Shown in pieces: positions 1-13,200 of a DNA stretch of 64,000 nt. Source of the DNA: Phallusia mammillata (Eukaryota); assembly GCA_965637545.1 (NCBI GenBank), contig OZ281496.1:28768001-28832000 (forward strand). The letters run 5' to 3'. The notes under the pieces are model-generated. The model was not told the DNA's origin, made no database searches, and worked only from the letters and a program-made list of their open reading frames with translations. Both the position numbers and the translations under genes were made by a program. Each line of letters begins with the position of its first letter. Within the stretch, counting starts at the first letter, position 1.

Positions 1-109
1 AGGTCAGCCATAACTAGTTGTGTGAATAGAGTAGCTAACGCCAACACATAAAAAAGGCATTGACTTCTGATGTGGTGTTTAAGGCTGTGTACATGATGTT
101 TATTTGATT

Positions 110-265
110 TATAACCAAGTATTGCATATCCAGCAGTTTTTATTGTAAACAATCGACGTTTCGACGTCCAATACAAGACGCCTTCATCAGGATAATGACA
201 TAACTTGCAGGACAAAATTCTTATAAAGCGACAAAGTGCAAAACACACACACAAAAACGATAAGA
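110..265 (-). repeat. Dispersed repeat, copy 1, carrying an intact Penelope-type minimal hammerhead ribozyme (core 155-190)
   Basis: Minus strand reads AUUAUC-CUGAUGA-A-GGCGUCU-UGUAUU-GGACGUC-GAAACGUC-GAUUGU, then AAUAAAA. Homologous copies lie at about 10038, 11522, 36611 and 40570. Confidence 0.8.
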
Positions 266-399
266 AGAACATGCCGATGCAAACTCGCACCAACGCAATG
301 ATAACACCAGCTGTAAAAGCGCCCGATAATTTTTGTTTATTTGATTTGTCTGTGTATATATTCAACATATTGATACGCATCAGGTTTTTTTGTTGTCAG

Positions 400-1348
400 G
401 TTCACTACCTCTATTTTGCAATTATTCTGGCTGGCCAAACAGTGATTGTGGCAATTTTTGTAACACTCATCACTAAACCAATTGAAGCAAAGCATGTAAG
501 TTTTTTATTGACTTGGTTTTAAAAAAAGTTTAAAAACTGCTTTTCCATGCAGCTTCATCGACTTACATGGTATTCCCGCTTTAGCAAGCGCACTCGCGAA
601 GAACTAGGGGAGGTATCTATGTGGTTACATATCTATATTTTTTGCAAGTTATACCATATATTCAATTACAATTTTTTTCCCCAAATTCCAAATTATCACA
701 ACAAAAATCCATTAAAAGCTGTATTCTTACTAAAACTACATGCATTTCTGTTGTTAGGATGAAAAAGCGGAGAAAGACATTGATGTGGAAAAAGAAGATG
801 ATGTGGAAACAAAAGTAATCGACAAGCAGTCTATTAGCTCAGGTAAGTTTGCGGTAGGACTGCATGTCCAAGTGGTAAAATCATAAAAATTCTCAGCCAA
901 AATATGTGGACCATTACCCCATGTAAAAATGATAGATAAAAAAGTGTGCAGCAGTGAGTGATGTAAAGTTGAAGGTGTAGGCCACCTGCATGGCTGCAAA
1001 CTGCGCGAACAGGTGCAGACAAACAACACCTCTTATTATTTTGCAAATACAGTATATTTTTCAATAACCCTCTGCATTTTTTACAATATCATTCATCTCT
1101 TTTCGAATTGGTGTCATACATTAATATTATTTGGGTAACTATTGTTAGGCACTTCAACTAGTGAAAAACCCTTGTGGAGAAAAGCTGTCAATCTGTTTTG
1201 TGGATTGAACATGGAAGACAAAGAAGGTCAAGCACCACATCCGAACATAACTGACATCAGAGAAAAGAAAAATCCACAACTTATTGTAGACGTCATGTGC
1301 ATTTTAATGTTGTGTGTGATGGTGTTTTTGTTTGGATATTATGGATAA
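400..1348 (+). CDS. 3' end of an SLC5 family sodium/glucose(-inositol) cotransporter (partial; 5' part lies outside the window)
   Basis: Phase-consistent GT-AG exons 400-495 (VHYLYFAIIL...TKPIEAKH), 553-612 (LHRLTWYSR), 758-842 and 1149-1348 (LWRKAVNLFCG...IVDVMCILMLCVMVFLFGYYG*). The HYLYF, L-x-RLTW, FCG and terminal TM helix ending in GYYG are typical of SGLT/SLC5A C-termini. The paralog cannot be assigned. Confidence 0.88.
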
Positions 1349-2040
1349 ACTATGCAAGGGTTTTGTTTTATATAACACCAGTTTTGTGGACATAGATAAA
1401 AGTTACTTGGAAAAGGTGTAAAATACTAATACACTCATAAAATATGTTATATTATATTCATAAAGTTCTCACCTAACAATTTGTTTTCTTTATGATTCCA
1501 CAAAGGATATTTCTTGAAATTGTCAAACCGCTGTACTCACCTAAATAAGATTAGAATTTACATATATGTACTTGCAGTTAGAGTAATCCTATAAGTATTT
1601 TCAACACCCAAGCTTGTGTTTAAATCAACCTGTCCATTTTTTAACAAAAACTATGCTACAATTCAGAATTAAGTGTGTGTAACAAAATGAAAATGCTTAC
1701 CTGCATTTTGAAAAATTTGTATGTCATATTAACGGCAGAGAATTTTACCCTATTACAATTACATATTACATAAAATTCATTAAACTCTAAACCTGTAGAC
1801 ATCAATATAATTACACATTACTCCAAATTAAACTACACAAGAATATGCAAAAAATGCATAAGATACCAACACACAAGCATGTGCACTATAAAATCACGTT
1901 ACAAATAGCATATATTGCAACAAACCACTACAAAACTATAGCAAAAACATATATTATATCTTTAGGGTATTTGTACAATTATATACACAAATAACAGTGA
2001 TTGATACAAATAAAATCTCTAAAGTACAGACAATTGTCAG

Positions 2041-3855
2041 TTATGTTTGACTGTTTACAGAATGAATATCAGTAGATTCCTCTTGATCTCTTACTTTTGG
2101 ATCAGATTTCTTTTTATTTTTGCCAGTACCTTCAATAACAATAGCATCCGACTGAAACATTTTTTCCTCTTCATAATGTTTGTCATCCAAGTCAGCTTTG
2201 TCCAGTCTGGCTTTGGAATGGCTTGTGGTGGATTTAGACCTAACTGAAAATGGCTGCTTGGATGTTGTGGGGTCAAGACCAGCGGCAGTAACAAGTGACC
2301 CAAGACCCATGTCACTTAACATGTTTAAAAACTCATGAAATTTGTTAAACGATTTATCAATGCTCTCCAGAAGCATTTCATCTTCAATTTGGGATTTTAT
2401 TTTTGAATTTTCCAAAGTGCTGTTAAGCTCCTTTCTTAGTCTTGAATTTTCAACCTCCAATGTCATTATTTTTTTATTCAGGACCTCTTCATTTTCTTTC
2501 GATCTTATCAATCTCCGCTGTGCATCTAAAAGGTGTATTTTCAGAGCTCTAACATTCTCATTGATTTCAGGTTTTCTGTCAGAGGTCTTCAGATTAAGTT
2601 CATCAGTTGAATCGTCATCTAAAATTTTTAATTGCAGCACATCAGAGTCATCTTCTTCATCAGATAAACCCAGTTGATGCTTGGATGCTCGAACAGCAGT
2701 TCTCCAAGGTACAAATCCCTTATGGCCAGCTGGCAAAACACAAGGCACACCTTCAGAGGGGCTCGCCCTTTTGGCAATTATGCTCTTTTTGCAATGTGAA
2801 TGACCCCTTGGTTGTCTATGCTTTTTGGTTTTGTACGGATCTTTTGGAGGTTCTTCCTTGATCCATGGAAATGCAGCTTCATCTCTTTCATTGGCATTGA
2901 GCAAAACTCGACCCAGTACACTTCTTAATGTGCCATTGTCAACCATAGGATTTTGGCGAATGTCCAATACAATAAGAGTCCTGTTGTGTTCCATGGTTGT
3001 CAACAAATACTTGGCCCCATCAACAGACAAACCACAATTTTGCAAATCTAAAGCTTTCAACCACAAATCATCTTTCAATGCATCAGCAATCGTTGATATT
3101 CCAGAATCACCAATCATAGGATTGGAATTAAGTGTAATTCTACGGATGCCAGCCATGCAATTTAAATCGGGTGATCTGTATCTTAAACCATCCGCCCAAG
3201 CATCGCTGTATCTCTGCGTTGATTGGTGTTTGACCAATTTACTTATGACAGCAGCGCCAACTGGAGTAATGTTGCATCCTGCAAGACTTACATGCGTAAT
3301 ACTTGGATGGTTTTTCAGTGACTGACACAATGCAGCAACACCACTGTCAGCAATCTGGCAGTAGTCTAGTAACACATGAGTCAGGGTTTTGTTTTTGGCA
3401 ATTCCCTTCGCCAAAATTTCAATGTCTTTTTTCCGAAGGGGTACACCTTGTAGATCCAAACATTTCAGTGCTTTGGTAACACACAGACAAGATGCAAGGG
3501 ACCGTGCAGCTAAAAGCGTTACATCTTTAAAGCAAATCGCTGGGGTGCGCCTTTTAAAGTAGTGCGACTTTTTTGCATTTGTACCAGCAGAGGAATGCTG
3601 AAAATAGCTCCGTAGGGCAATGTATCTCAGATTTTTGTTTATCTTGATAGCATTAAGTATCGGAGACCAATCTATCATCCGCACTCTGTCACCGTTTATG
3701 TCCAAAAGTCCTTCTTTTACGCGAGCTTTTACATAAACCAAAGGCACAGTGCTTTGCAATGCGCAAAGATTGTCATACGTACCAATAAAGTCAAAAGCAC
3801 CGCGTTGACGAACTGCTACACTCTCAGGAACATTAGCCATTGTTTTTTTTGCCAT
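2041..3855 (-). CDS. CEP78: Centrosomal protein of 78 kDa (N-terminal RI-like LRRs, C-terminal coiled coil); single exon, about 604 aa
   Basis: Uninterrupted ORF from ATG 3855. The N-terminus (SVAVRQRGAFDF...YDNLCALQSTVPL...GDRVRMIDWSPILNAIKINK), WADGLRYRSPDL..MAGIRRITLNSNPMIGD and LKDDLWLKALDLQNCG match CEP78 as recalled. Confidence 0.93.
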   Translation of the reverse strand: MAKKTMANVPESVAVRQRGAFDFIGTYDNLCALQSTVPLVYVKARVKEGLLDINGDRVRMIDWSPILNAIKINKNLRYIALRSYFQHSSAGTNAKKSHYFKRRTPAICFKDVTLLAARSLASCLCVTKALKCLDLQGVPLRKKDIEILAKGIAKNKTLTHVLLDYCQIADSGVAALCQSLKNHPSITHVSLAGCNITPVGAAVISKLVKHQSTQRYSDAWADGLRYRSPDLNCMAGIRRITLNSNPMIGDSGISTIADALKDDLWLKALDLQNCGLSVDGAKYLLTTMEHNRTLIVLDIRQNPMVDNGTLRSVLGRVLLNANERDEAAFPWIKEEPPKDPYKTKKHRQPRGHSHCKKSIIAKRASPSEGVPCVLPAGHKGFVPWRTAVRASKHQLGLSDEEDDSDVLQLKILDDDSTDELNLKTSDRKPEINENVRALKIHLLDAQRRLIRSKENEEVLNKKIMTLEVENSRLRKELNSTLENSKIKSQIEDEMLLESIDKSFNKFHEFLNMLSDMGLGSLVTAAGLDPTTSKQPFSVRSKSTTSHSKARLDKADLDDKHYEEEKMFQSDAIVIEGTGKNKKKSDPKVRDQEESTDIHSVNSQT

Positions 3856-4286
3856 AAACAAGAAAAACTGCTATGTTTAGGTACAACTTGCGCTGTGAAC
3901 AATTTAAAAACACATTGTTTTGACGCGCAAACGGCAATTCTTTTCGTGAAAAAGCATAACATTTCTATGACAATACTAACTCTTAGATTAAAAAAAATCT
4001 TTTTGTTTATTTGAAACAATCTGCGATAAATTTAAATGATAAAACAATTAATAGACATCACAACGGTTTATTCCTGTTTTCTGTTCAATAAAACTGACAC
4101 CAGAATATAAAGGAATGTTGACTTCCCCTTGCATTGCAGAGCTATCTACTAGTTTTCAACCAATGTGAACATATTGTATGCTAATTAGGTTTTTGTTGCT
4201 TAGCTAAACGACGCTTATTTACTTCAAAAATGTCAACAATAAAAACATAAGATTTGAAGAAGTTTATTCCGTCAACTAAACATCAA
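3856..4286. promoter_or_regulatory. Putative bidirectional promoter shared by CEP78 and CCDC13
   Basis: 431 bp separate the divergent ATGs. Only imperfect RFX X-box-like motifs are visible (ATTTCTATGACAAT 3961-3974; GTTGCT half-site 4195-4200). Confidence 0.5.
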
Positions 4287-7200
4287 ATGGATAGCGACGG
4301 TCTGCAACGTCAGTTTTCTGCACTGCAGGAAGAACAAAAGCGAAAACTGATGATGGTAAAGCAACGAAAATCCCAACCAAAATCACAAGACAAAATGGTA
4401 ATTTTTATGATGCGTTGCTGCCAAATTTCAATTTGTATCAAACAAAGCTAACCACATTGACATAATGTACATGTTTACAAATGAATATTGCACCAGAAGC
4501 CCTAATTAATGTCAAAGATTGTCTTGCAATTTTAGGTAGAGGACAGCTCTTTTGGTATATCAGATGATTTGTCATTAAGCATGGCTGATGTTATGGCAAG
4601 CTCAACAGTTGGCCTGAATGTTTCCTTGGAAGCAGCAAACACAAGCATGAGAGAAGAGCTAAGGTACCCAAGTAGTATGGCTTTGATGATTACCTCACAT
4701 AAAATGTGTTACACTCCTATTGTATTATGTCTAAAATTGAAATGGCTATTCATATTGCTCAAAGCCAAACAAATGCTGATGCAATACTTTATGAACACAT
4801 TAATGTTATGTATAATGCAATTTACATAATAAACAGAGAGCTTCGAGATGAAACAGGTCGCTTGAGAAAAGTTATGGCAGAAAAAGAATACGAAGTAAAG
4901 CGATTAAACAGGAAACTTCTTAAAATGGATGAAGAGAAAAGAATGTTGTCTGGTATGTGTTACTTCCAAACACAGCATACTTTTGGCATACACACTTTTA
5001 CAGATAAGTACATAATTTTATTGTTTGATATTATAGAAGCTGGAGTAGCAAGTGATGCTGCATCGAGCAAAATTGTTGACTTGTCTAAGAAAAATAGGGA
5101 GCTAACTGCAGTAATGGAATCTGAAAGATCCAAATGTGTCCGACTCCAACAAAAAGTAACAGAACTTGAAATCAAGGTATGACTACCTCTGCTGATAAAA
5201 AATGGAAATAAATGCTTTGTGGAATTGCATATGATGCAAAATCTTTGTGTTTTTCAGTTGCATAACTCTCCAAAATCTAGTGGTGATGGTGACAGAAAAC
5301 CTGCTGTTCGACAATCATTTGCTGCAGGTTTGGTTTAATGTGTAAATGTCTAGCCAATATATACCTGTTAAATGAGGCATAGGCAATTGCTGCATCGCTG
5401 GCAGTGACAGGCTTGTCAAAATGGTCAAAGGTTAAAACTCTGTCTCAGCCATGTGTCTTTCCTCGGAGAAAGCAGGAATAGTATATTGTGAGCATCACAC
5501 TTTCAGGCATTAAAAACCTGGGGCTTATTCGCTGTTTCAATAGGCCACAGACACCTGGGTCAATGGTCATCTAATTGTTACCCATACCTTAAAGTAGAAA
5601 ATTTCTATCCTGGTTCTCAGTACATTAGCATAAGACATAGTATATCACGAGAATTTTCAATGCTTTTTTATTGTACAGGATCTCCAAGAATGTCCAATGA
5701 CGAACTGCAAGAACAATTAAATGCAGCCAACCTAAAAGTATCTGACTACAGAAATCAAGTTCAGTCATTGAAGCAAGAAATGAAAGTCGCTGTCAAGGTG
5801 AGGTTTTTGCATTTTTGACTTCCAGTTGAGTCTTATTGAACTATTTTCTGTTCGAACACACAAGTGGAAGCCAGCATGCAAAAACACATACCACTTGGTG
5901 GAAGCAAATAGCCCAAAACAATTTTCTTATCGACATGGTCGTTTGCACGTTGTTTAAATTTTATTAAGACTAAACAAATAGGTTGCAGCAGTTTTTTGGA
6001 TTGTGTTTCAACACCTTAAAAAATGTGTTCCAGGTGAGCATATATCCTGCCAAATATTTTGACATGTTCTAGCTTCTTAACTTTATTGTAGAAGTGTGTG
6101 GGTAGCAGAAGACCTGCACGTGCATATCGTGTGGTTCTTAAGCCAGTAGTAGTCATCCAACCGCACGCCGCTTTAAACAACTCCTAACTGAAACTGCTAC
6201 AATCAGTAACTCGACCTTTCAGTAACGGTTTACTGCTGTTTACCGCTTTTCCGTTATCGCTTGCATTAACAGGTGCTGAGTCAGGAAACAGGTGATAACG
6301 CAGCAAACATACAACAGCTTCTTGGCAACGGGGCGCAGGGCTTCCGCGGCCGGGCGCAACAGGTGACTGCGTTGCAAGATAAAGTCAGGTGAGACCTGGT
6401 TTCTTGCGCTACAGTGGATAAGACAGGTGTCTTCTTGCACAGGTTTGTTTGTGAAACAACACGTGGGTTAACCCTTAACGGTGTACAATTACAAGCGTGT
6501 AGCCACACAAGGGCATCTATGCAAAGTCTGAAAAGTTTGGTAAACACAATCAAGAGTATTTTCGCCAAGTTTCAGAAGAAACATACCAGCATACCTGTTA
6601 TGAAAACTGACAACTATTTTTTGCCACACGTGTAAAAAGTGCCATAAAAACGACGGCTTTACTTTAACATTTCAAGTAATACAAATGTTTCTACTTTAAC
6701 CCAGGGATCTCGAACAAAAGCTGAAAGGCTCAGCAAGCCCGAAAGAAGACAAAAATATGACACGAATCAGAAACATGGAACGCATGCGCAAAGAACAAAA
6801 TGATGTAAGTAAATGTAGCAGCTGGTTGACTTTGCAATTTCGCGTGTTCATGAATACATAAAGATTTTGTTAGGATGATGTTTTTTGGTTTATATGACAT
6901 GGGCTTTTTTCTTTGAGTTTTTACAAAGAACAAATTCCCAACTGTGTTTTCCAGCATGGCAAGCGGTATAAAATCTAATTTCACACAAGATGCCACTTGA
7001 TATCCAACTTGCGGCGTTTTGTCACTTTGAAGAGCGTAGGTCATGTACGGATCACTACAAATTCGCGACTCAGAACAACATAGTGTCTATTTCTTCGTAT
7101 TGCCGATCCACAATGAAATTGGCCATCACCATTTAAAACAAGACATCTGTCGTTTTAAAGTTCGCGTGCAAGAGTACACGCTCTGTTTCGTCTTGTTTTG

Positions 7201-10200
7201 AAAAAATCAAACCGCTTCCTAGCAAATCAATATGTAGGGATTGACCCTAAGTCGGGTGTCTGTTAGTGGTTAATGTACGATTGTTCTTGCGAAAAAAATC
7301 TACGGATCTTCAATGATTGTATCCAAAAAAGTCATTTATTGAAAGATTAATGCAAAGCATTGGCCTAACCTTAAGCCGTAAACTTTGCAAAATTTGCCAC
7401 CACTGGAAAAGCCGTAGGTAAGTAACCGCTGCCGTAATGAACCCCAGTTTACGGATCTGCGGTTTTGTGGCTGTTGTCTTGTGGGCTGTGTTCAACCGCG
7501 CACGTATAATTGTCAAGTCTGCATTTCCAGCTGTCTTTCAGGTTTCAGTACCTGCCCAAGGATGAATATAAATTTCCTGTGGTTTACCGATGGGTCAAGC
7601 AGTTCTAAAACTGCGATCCACAGTCTGTGGACCATAGCATTATCGCTAGTTTGAAAGTTAAAACGAATTTCATGCACCCAGAAACATTCACTAAATGTTA
7701 TGTAATTATTTAATTAAAGCGGTGCGCAGCGTTTGCTAACAAATCAAAACACAGCGTACGCATTCCAATTCTGCGTTGTTTCTAAATCCCCCAAAACCTG
7801 GCAACAAACATTGCAACATCGTGTTGTTCTGTCTGTGAGTCATTTTCTCCTTATTGTTTAATTTTTTTTCCCGTTACCTCAGTGGTTCCCAACCGGGGAG
7901 GAATTCCTCCCAAGGAAGAATTTACACGTGGATTAATCTGTACACGTGGTTTGTAAATTGACACTTCAGCTTTGGGAGTATGACCTCTGTGGTTGACGAA
8001 AAACCCATTTTTAAATGATCTTTGTATGGTTTAGCATCTACTATGTAGTTGATTTGGGAGGAATGAAACAATTTTCAGAATTTCAACGGAGAAATTTTCA
8101 AAAAGTTGGGGACCACTGCGTTACTTTAACGCTCACTCATTTTGCCTATACGGATATTTTAGTTGTGATTTTAGTGGAACCCTAGTTCCAGTCAAGTGTT
8201 TAATTAAACGTTCACCACCGTAAAATAACTGTTGTTGTTGTAAATCCTCGTGTTTGACTCTTTCTGACCCGAAAATGCTTTTTGGTAAAAGCAACTATTT
8301 TACTCCAAGAGCAATAAAAAGTTATGCTATTGGACCGCATAGTGCGCTAAACCAACAAGGATGTGAAACAAGAGACTTCAATGGCAATGAATTTGTATTA
8401 CTAACAAGGCAATATATAAAGTACTGCACGCATTTATGATGTATGACGTATTTATTTGTTAATTTGACGCCAAAGAACGAAATTAATGTTACAAAACTTG
8501 TAAAACAAACTAGGAATCGCTCTCAATTTTGCTGCTATTTCGGTTAGGGTAGTTTTGTTTTACTTGGTTTTGCCAATTAAAAAACAATACTCTTAGAATG
8601 AAAACCAGTGTTTTTGCAGACCTTGAAGGAAGATTTGGTGAAACTTCAGGAACAAAGCCATGAATTTCAGCGGAAATGGGAAGCTTCAAAAGCACGTGGC
8701 AAAGTATTGGCTGGCGAGGTCAAATCACTCAAGGCACAGGTGATGAGATTGCGTTCATTTTCCATGTTTTCAATGAAACTCTCAGCTATTATGTACACAG
8801 TTCACGGCTTCTAGCGTTTGCATACAACTTTATTGAAACGGACAAAAAATTTAAACAAAATAATGCGGGACGGTGCGAAGTTAATCCTAAAAACAACATG
8901 CCATCTTTTTAATTGGTTAAAGATGGTTATCAGTTTTCGTTATGTCACAAGGCAGCCGGAAACAAATTTCCTTTCGGATGTGACAACAACGTGAGGTCAA
9001 GTGTGTTGTTTTATGTTTAACGGAACTCCCAGTATGTGGGCTACCTGAAAGGAAACCAAATGAAGTATTCAATTCCCCAGCACAAGCGATAGCAAAACAT
9101 TTCACTTTAATATCTTATGTAGCGGAGGATGCAATAATGTTGTTGCTCTTTGCACGAGTTAACGCGGCACCTGTAAATGTTTTACTGTACCATGAAATCG
9201 TCAAATGATCCACGCACGCACGTTTACTCATAACCGTGACCTTGGTTGCAGAAACGTGTCTTGCTTCGAATAACTGAGAGTGTTTGAACTAAACAGTATC
9301 GGACCTTTCAACAGGCAGTCATCGACAATCACCGTTTGTGTGATTAAATAACTAAGAATGGAAAATATTTTCATAGTAACGAAATCAGTCGATGGATGTC
9401 GTGGAATAAGTTATATATATTTCGCTTAATTGCCTTCTTCAGTTCCTTATTCAAATAGAACCATTTCGTTTTAACTAATGACATTATGTCGTCAAATGAA
9501 AATCGAAGAAAGTCTTTGACAAGTTTCGTGCCAAAACGCTGATTAAACTCTCTTTTCGCAACACAAACCACCGTATAGAAATCTATAAATTCATAAACAG
9601 ATCCGTTTAAAGAAGTATGTTAGATATATTGTTGAGTTTAAGGCGTATCGAAAATCTATACATTTCTGCTTGTCAGGCATTTGTGACAAGAAGATATCAG
9701 ATTACAAAATTTCTAGCTTCTTCCGACAAATAGGACGCAATATGCGTTACGCAACTCCACCGTTAACGTACTAATCTGTTTATGGCCGTCTGTCAACGGA
9801 AACGTTGGACCTAGTGTTATCTCCAAAATTAATCTTGGTGTGACACTCTGACGATCGTGAATCCCAAAACTTGAACTTGAAGTGATGCAACTACAAAACT
9901 GTCCGAAGAATCACAAACGTATGACCCGAACGAAAGGTCACAGTATCACGTCTTGCAAGTGACAAGAATTTTGTTACCGTGGCGAATTCGAGCGCTACGC
10001 CCGCTTTACTAAGAACATGGATAAAATGTACTTGTCCTATAAACGAGTATTGCTCTTCCAGCAGTTTTATTACAAATAATAATCGACGTTCCGACTTCCC
10101 ATACAAGACGCCTTCGTCAGAATAATGGCATATCTTTCAAAACAAAGTAATATAAAAAAAAGTTAAGCGTACAAACCAAATAACGAACTGCCTCTGCCGT

Positions 10201-13200
10201 GCAGATCGGCGTGTTGACGGACAAGGGTCGCCATGACAACGAGCTCATCACGACTCTAACGAAGCAGCAAGATCGGCTGCAGAAAGTTCTGGAACGAAAT
10301 GCGACCGACAGACGCGAAACGAACCAGGATGAACAACAGGTTTGTTGCTGCTGTGATTAATTCGTTTCTGCTCTGACGCTTTGCACAGGTGCGGTGACCA
10401 GCGGGGATGTTTTCAGTTTTTTTAGGCCAATCGGCATTGAGTTATGTTTTTACTAAAGCTTCTTCGCGTATGGGTTATTTCTCTGTTGTTACAACGTGGA
10501 ATAAGTCACCACCATGAAATATACAAATTCAATCCAAAACGACGTGTAGGACAAACGTTCAAATGATTGCGTTACCAAAACCTTGTCAATCTTGCCCTGC
10601 TCCGAAACATTATTCCTTGTCTTATACAATTATTTTTTCAATTATTAGTTGGGGAAAACATTTTTCGGCTTCAAATATTCTTAGTACAATTAAGCAGCCA
10701 ATACTGCAATAAAAAACCTTTTCAGTGGGCAAATACCGCTGTTACCACCATTACGACTGGTTCGAGAAGTTTTGTTGTCCATAGCTGTTGTAAGCATTTT
10801 CTTTTTTCCCAATAGATGTGTCACTTTAAATAATTATCTTCACTCCAATTTTCTTTACAAATTTGTTACACTTAAATTTTTTAGTCGTTATATTGCAGAA
10901 GATTTGGTGAAGTTTTTTTCCTGACCTAATACGACAATTGTTTTTGTGGTCACAGTGTTCAAAATCCGAACTATTTAGTCTACCTTGTTTTGTATTATAA
11001 CCAGCCAATTTTGAACTTTTCCCAAAGTTGTAATAAATAACTCAACGCCTTGTTGAATTCAGGACAAAGTTTACCTTTCTAGGCTAGGCAGGAAACAGAG
11101 TCCATCAATCCATCAATGAATTCATAAAACATGTGTTTAATATTAAGTTCATGTCTTTTGCTAATGTTTCCGCTTCGATCATTCAAAACCTCGCTTTAAA
11201 CTATACCAATACATTTGTGGTTCCGCGTTCCTGAAATGAATCAGTCGTTGCTTCATTGACAGATACTTGGAAAACTTAAAACAGTGGTCCGAGGCAACCA
11301 ATATGACATTGTTCGTGCGATTTGTGCAAGTGGTTGCAATAGGGTCATATATTTCCCATAAAATTCAAATCAGGATGTTTTGAACAAAATAAATGACACC
11401 AGCAGCGATTCCAATAATGTCATGAAAAATATAGGCCAGTTGCGAAACAAATGGATGTATAAAATATCAAATGTATATAAAAGTAAATAATGTAAATATG
11501 CTACTGCTGCCAGACTTAACGTATAAACGAGTATTGGTCTTTCGGCAGTTATATTATAAATAATATAAGTTTCGACGTCCCATATGAGACGCCTTCATCA
11601 GGATAATGGCATATCTTAAATGTCAAATTTCTTATAAAGCGACAAAAGCATCAAAACGCATGAAAAAACGCGACGACAGGCTTGTGCGACTACATAATAT
11701 AGTTTTTAATAAACGAACTCCGAAAATTGTGAAAAATGCTGAGTAACGGCGTGTTATTGGTTCGAAACAGCTATATAAGCCTCATGAACATGTCCCCAAA
11801 AACCCTAAAAACGCACTAAGCGCTTGTTAAATTGCCCTTAAAACCACGTTTTGTATTGTCTGTGGGTAGAGAAAACTTAGAAATTTCGTAGTTTGGGGCT
11901 TATACAAGCATATTCTGGGGATGAAGGCCTACAAAAAAGATGTCGTGTTTCGGTTTGCCACAACAAACGAAGTGAACGTTATCGCTTATAGCGCTTGTCT
12001 TCACGAATCGTGTTATGCTGCACGAAAATTTTACGCACAACTTATCGCATTTCAATACACAGAAATGTCAAACGTACGGAATTGAACCTTACATACACTA
12101 ACCGCCGACCAAAGCGGCAATTACACTGTCGTTAACCCCAAAAATGCATTTGGCTCTTTAAAATCGACTTGTTTGCCACAAGCCTTTTATCGCTAAAACT
12201 TTGTTTCATTTTCATCCCATTTTTGCTCAGTAGTTGAGAAGTCCTTGAAAGAAATCTTCGCCATTTTGTTGAAAAGTAGAAGCGTTAAAGTAAATTTGCT
12301 GGGTTTTTTTCAGCTAATCAAAACACGGCACGACCTTCAACAGCAAGAGTCATCGCAACTTGCACAAATGAAGCGATTGTTGAATGACAGCGAGAAGAGA
12401 GTGATGGAGTTGGAGAGTAAAATAGCTGAGGTTTGTGCGTTTAACCATCGGCATCGCATTTGTTTAAGCCCTGAACGAAAGTTACTCAACAAACATTTCG
12501 TCCAAGTTATACAAAAAACTCGTTTTTTTGTTAAAGACCCGGTCTCGATCGATTTTATTACTCGATTTGTTTCTTTTGTTTTCTTCCCTGAAGTTTGTCC
12601 ATCTCTTTTTGACATGAAATTTTTGATGGATTTGGATGAAATTTTCATAGATGGTAGAAATAGTCAATGTTTCAAAATGGATCATAGTGTCTGTGTGCAA
12701 TGACAAAATGTGCCAAGTCACCCTTATAAATTCGCTAGAGCATTAAGATAGAATGTACAGATACGACAAAAGCAGCGGGATACGAGTCGTTAGCAAAGTT
12801 ACATTTTTTTTACCTGAAAAACGGGTATTTTGTAAAATTTACACGAGTTATACGAAACCCTGAACAAACAATAGAAAGAAAATGAATACTTTTCGGACCC
12901 ACAAGAAGGTACAAAAGTGATGCTGTGTTTATTACCATGTTAACTAGATATAAAGTAAAAAAGTTAATTGGGTTCCGAGTTTTGCGACAATACCATGTCA
13001 GCAGTGACCTTGCCGCGTCAAAGCTACCCAAATATATTATATGCACGGCTATTGTACCTTAACTTGCGGTTACATACTTTTACGTTAAACTTTTAGGATC
13101 TGAACGGACGGTCCTATGATGGGGGAGCAACGTTTAAACCTCTGTCTGTGTTTTCACCACCGTCGCAGCGAACTCATCAAGGTGCACCAACACAGGTATG

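Noticed and set aside
2342-3325. Plus-strand ORFs of 111 and 166 aa
   Set aside because: Antisense shadows of the CEP78 coding sequence.
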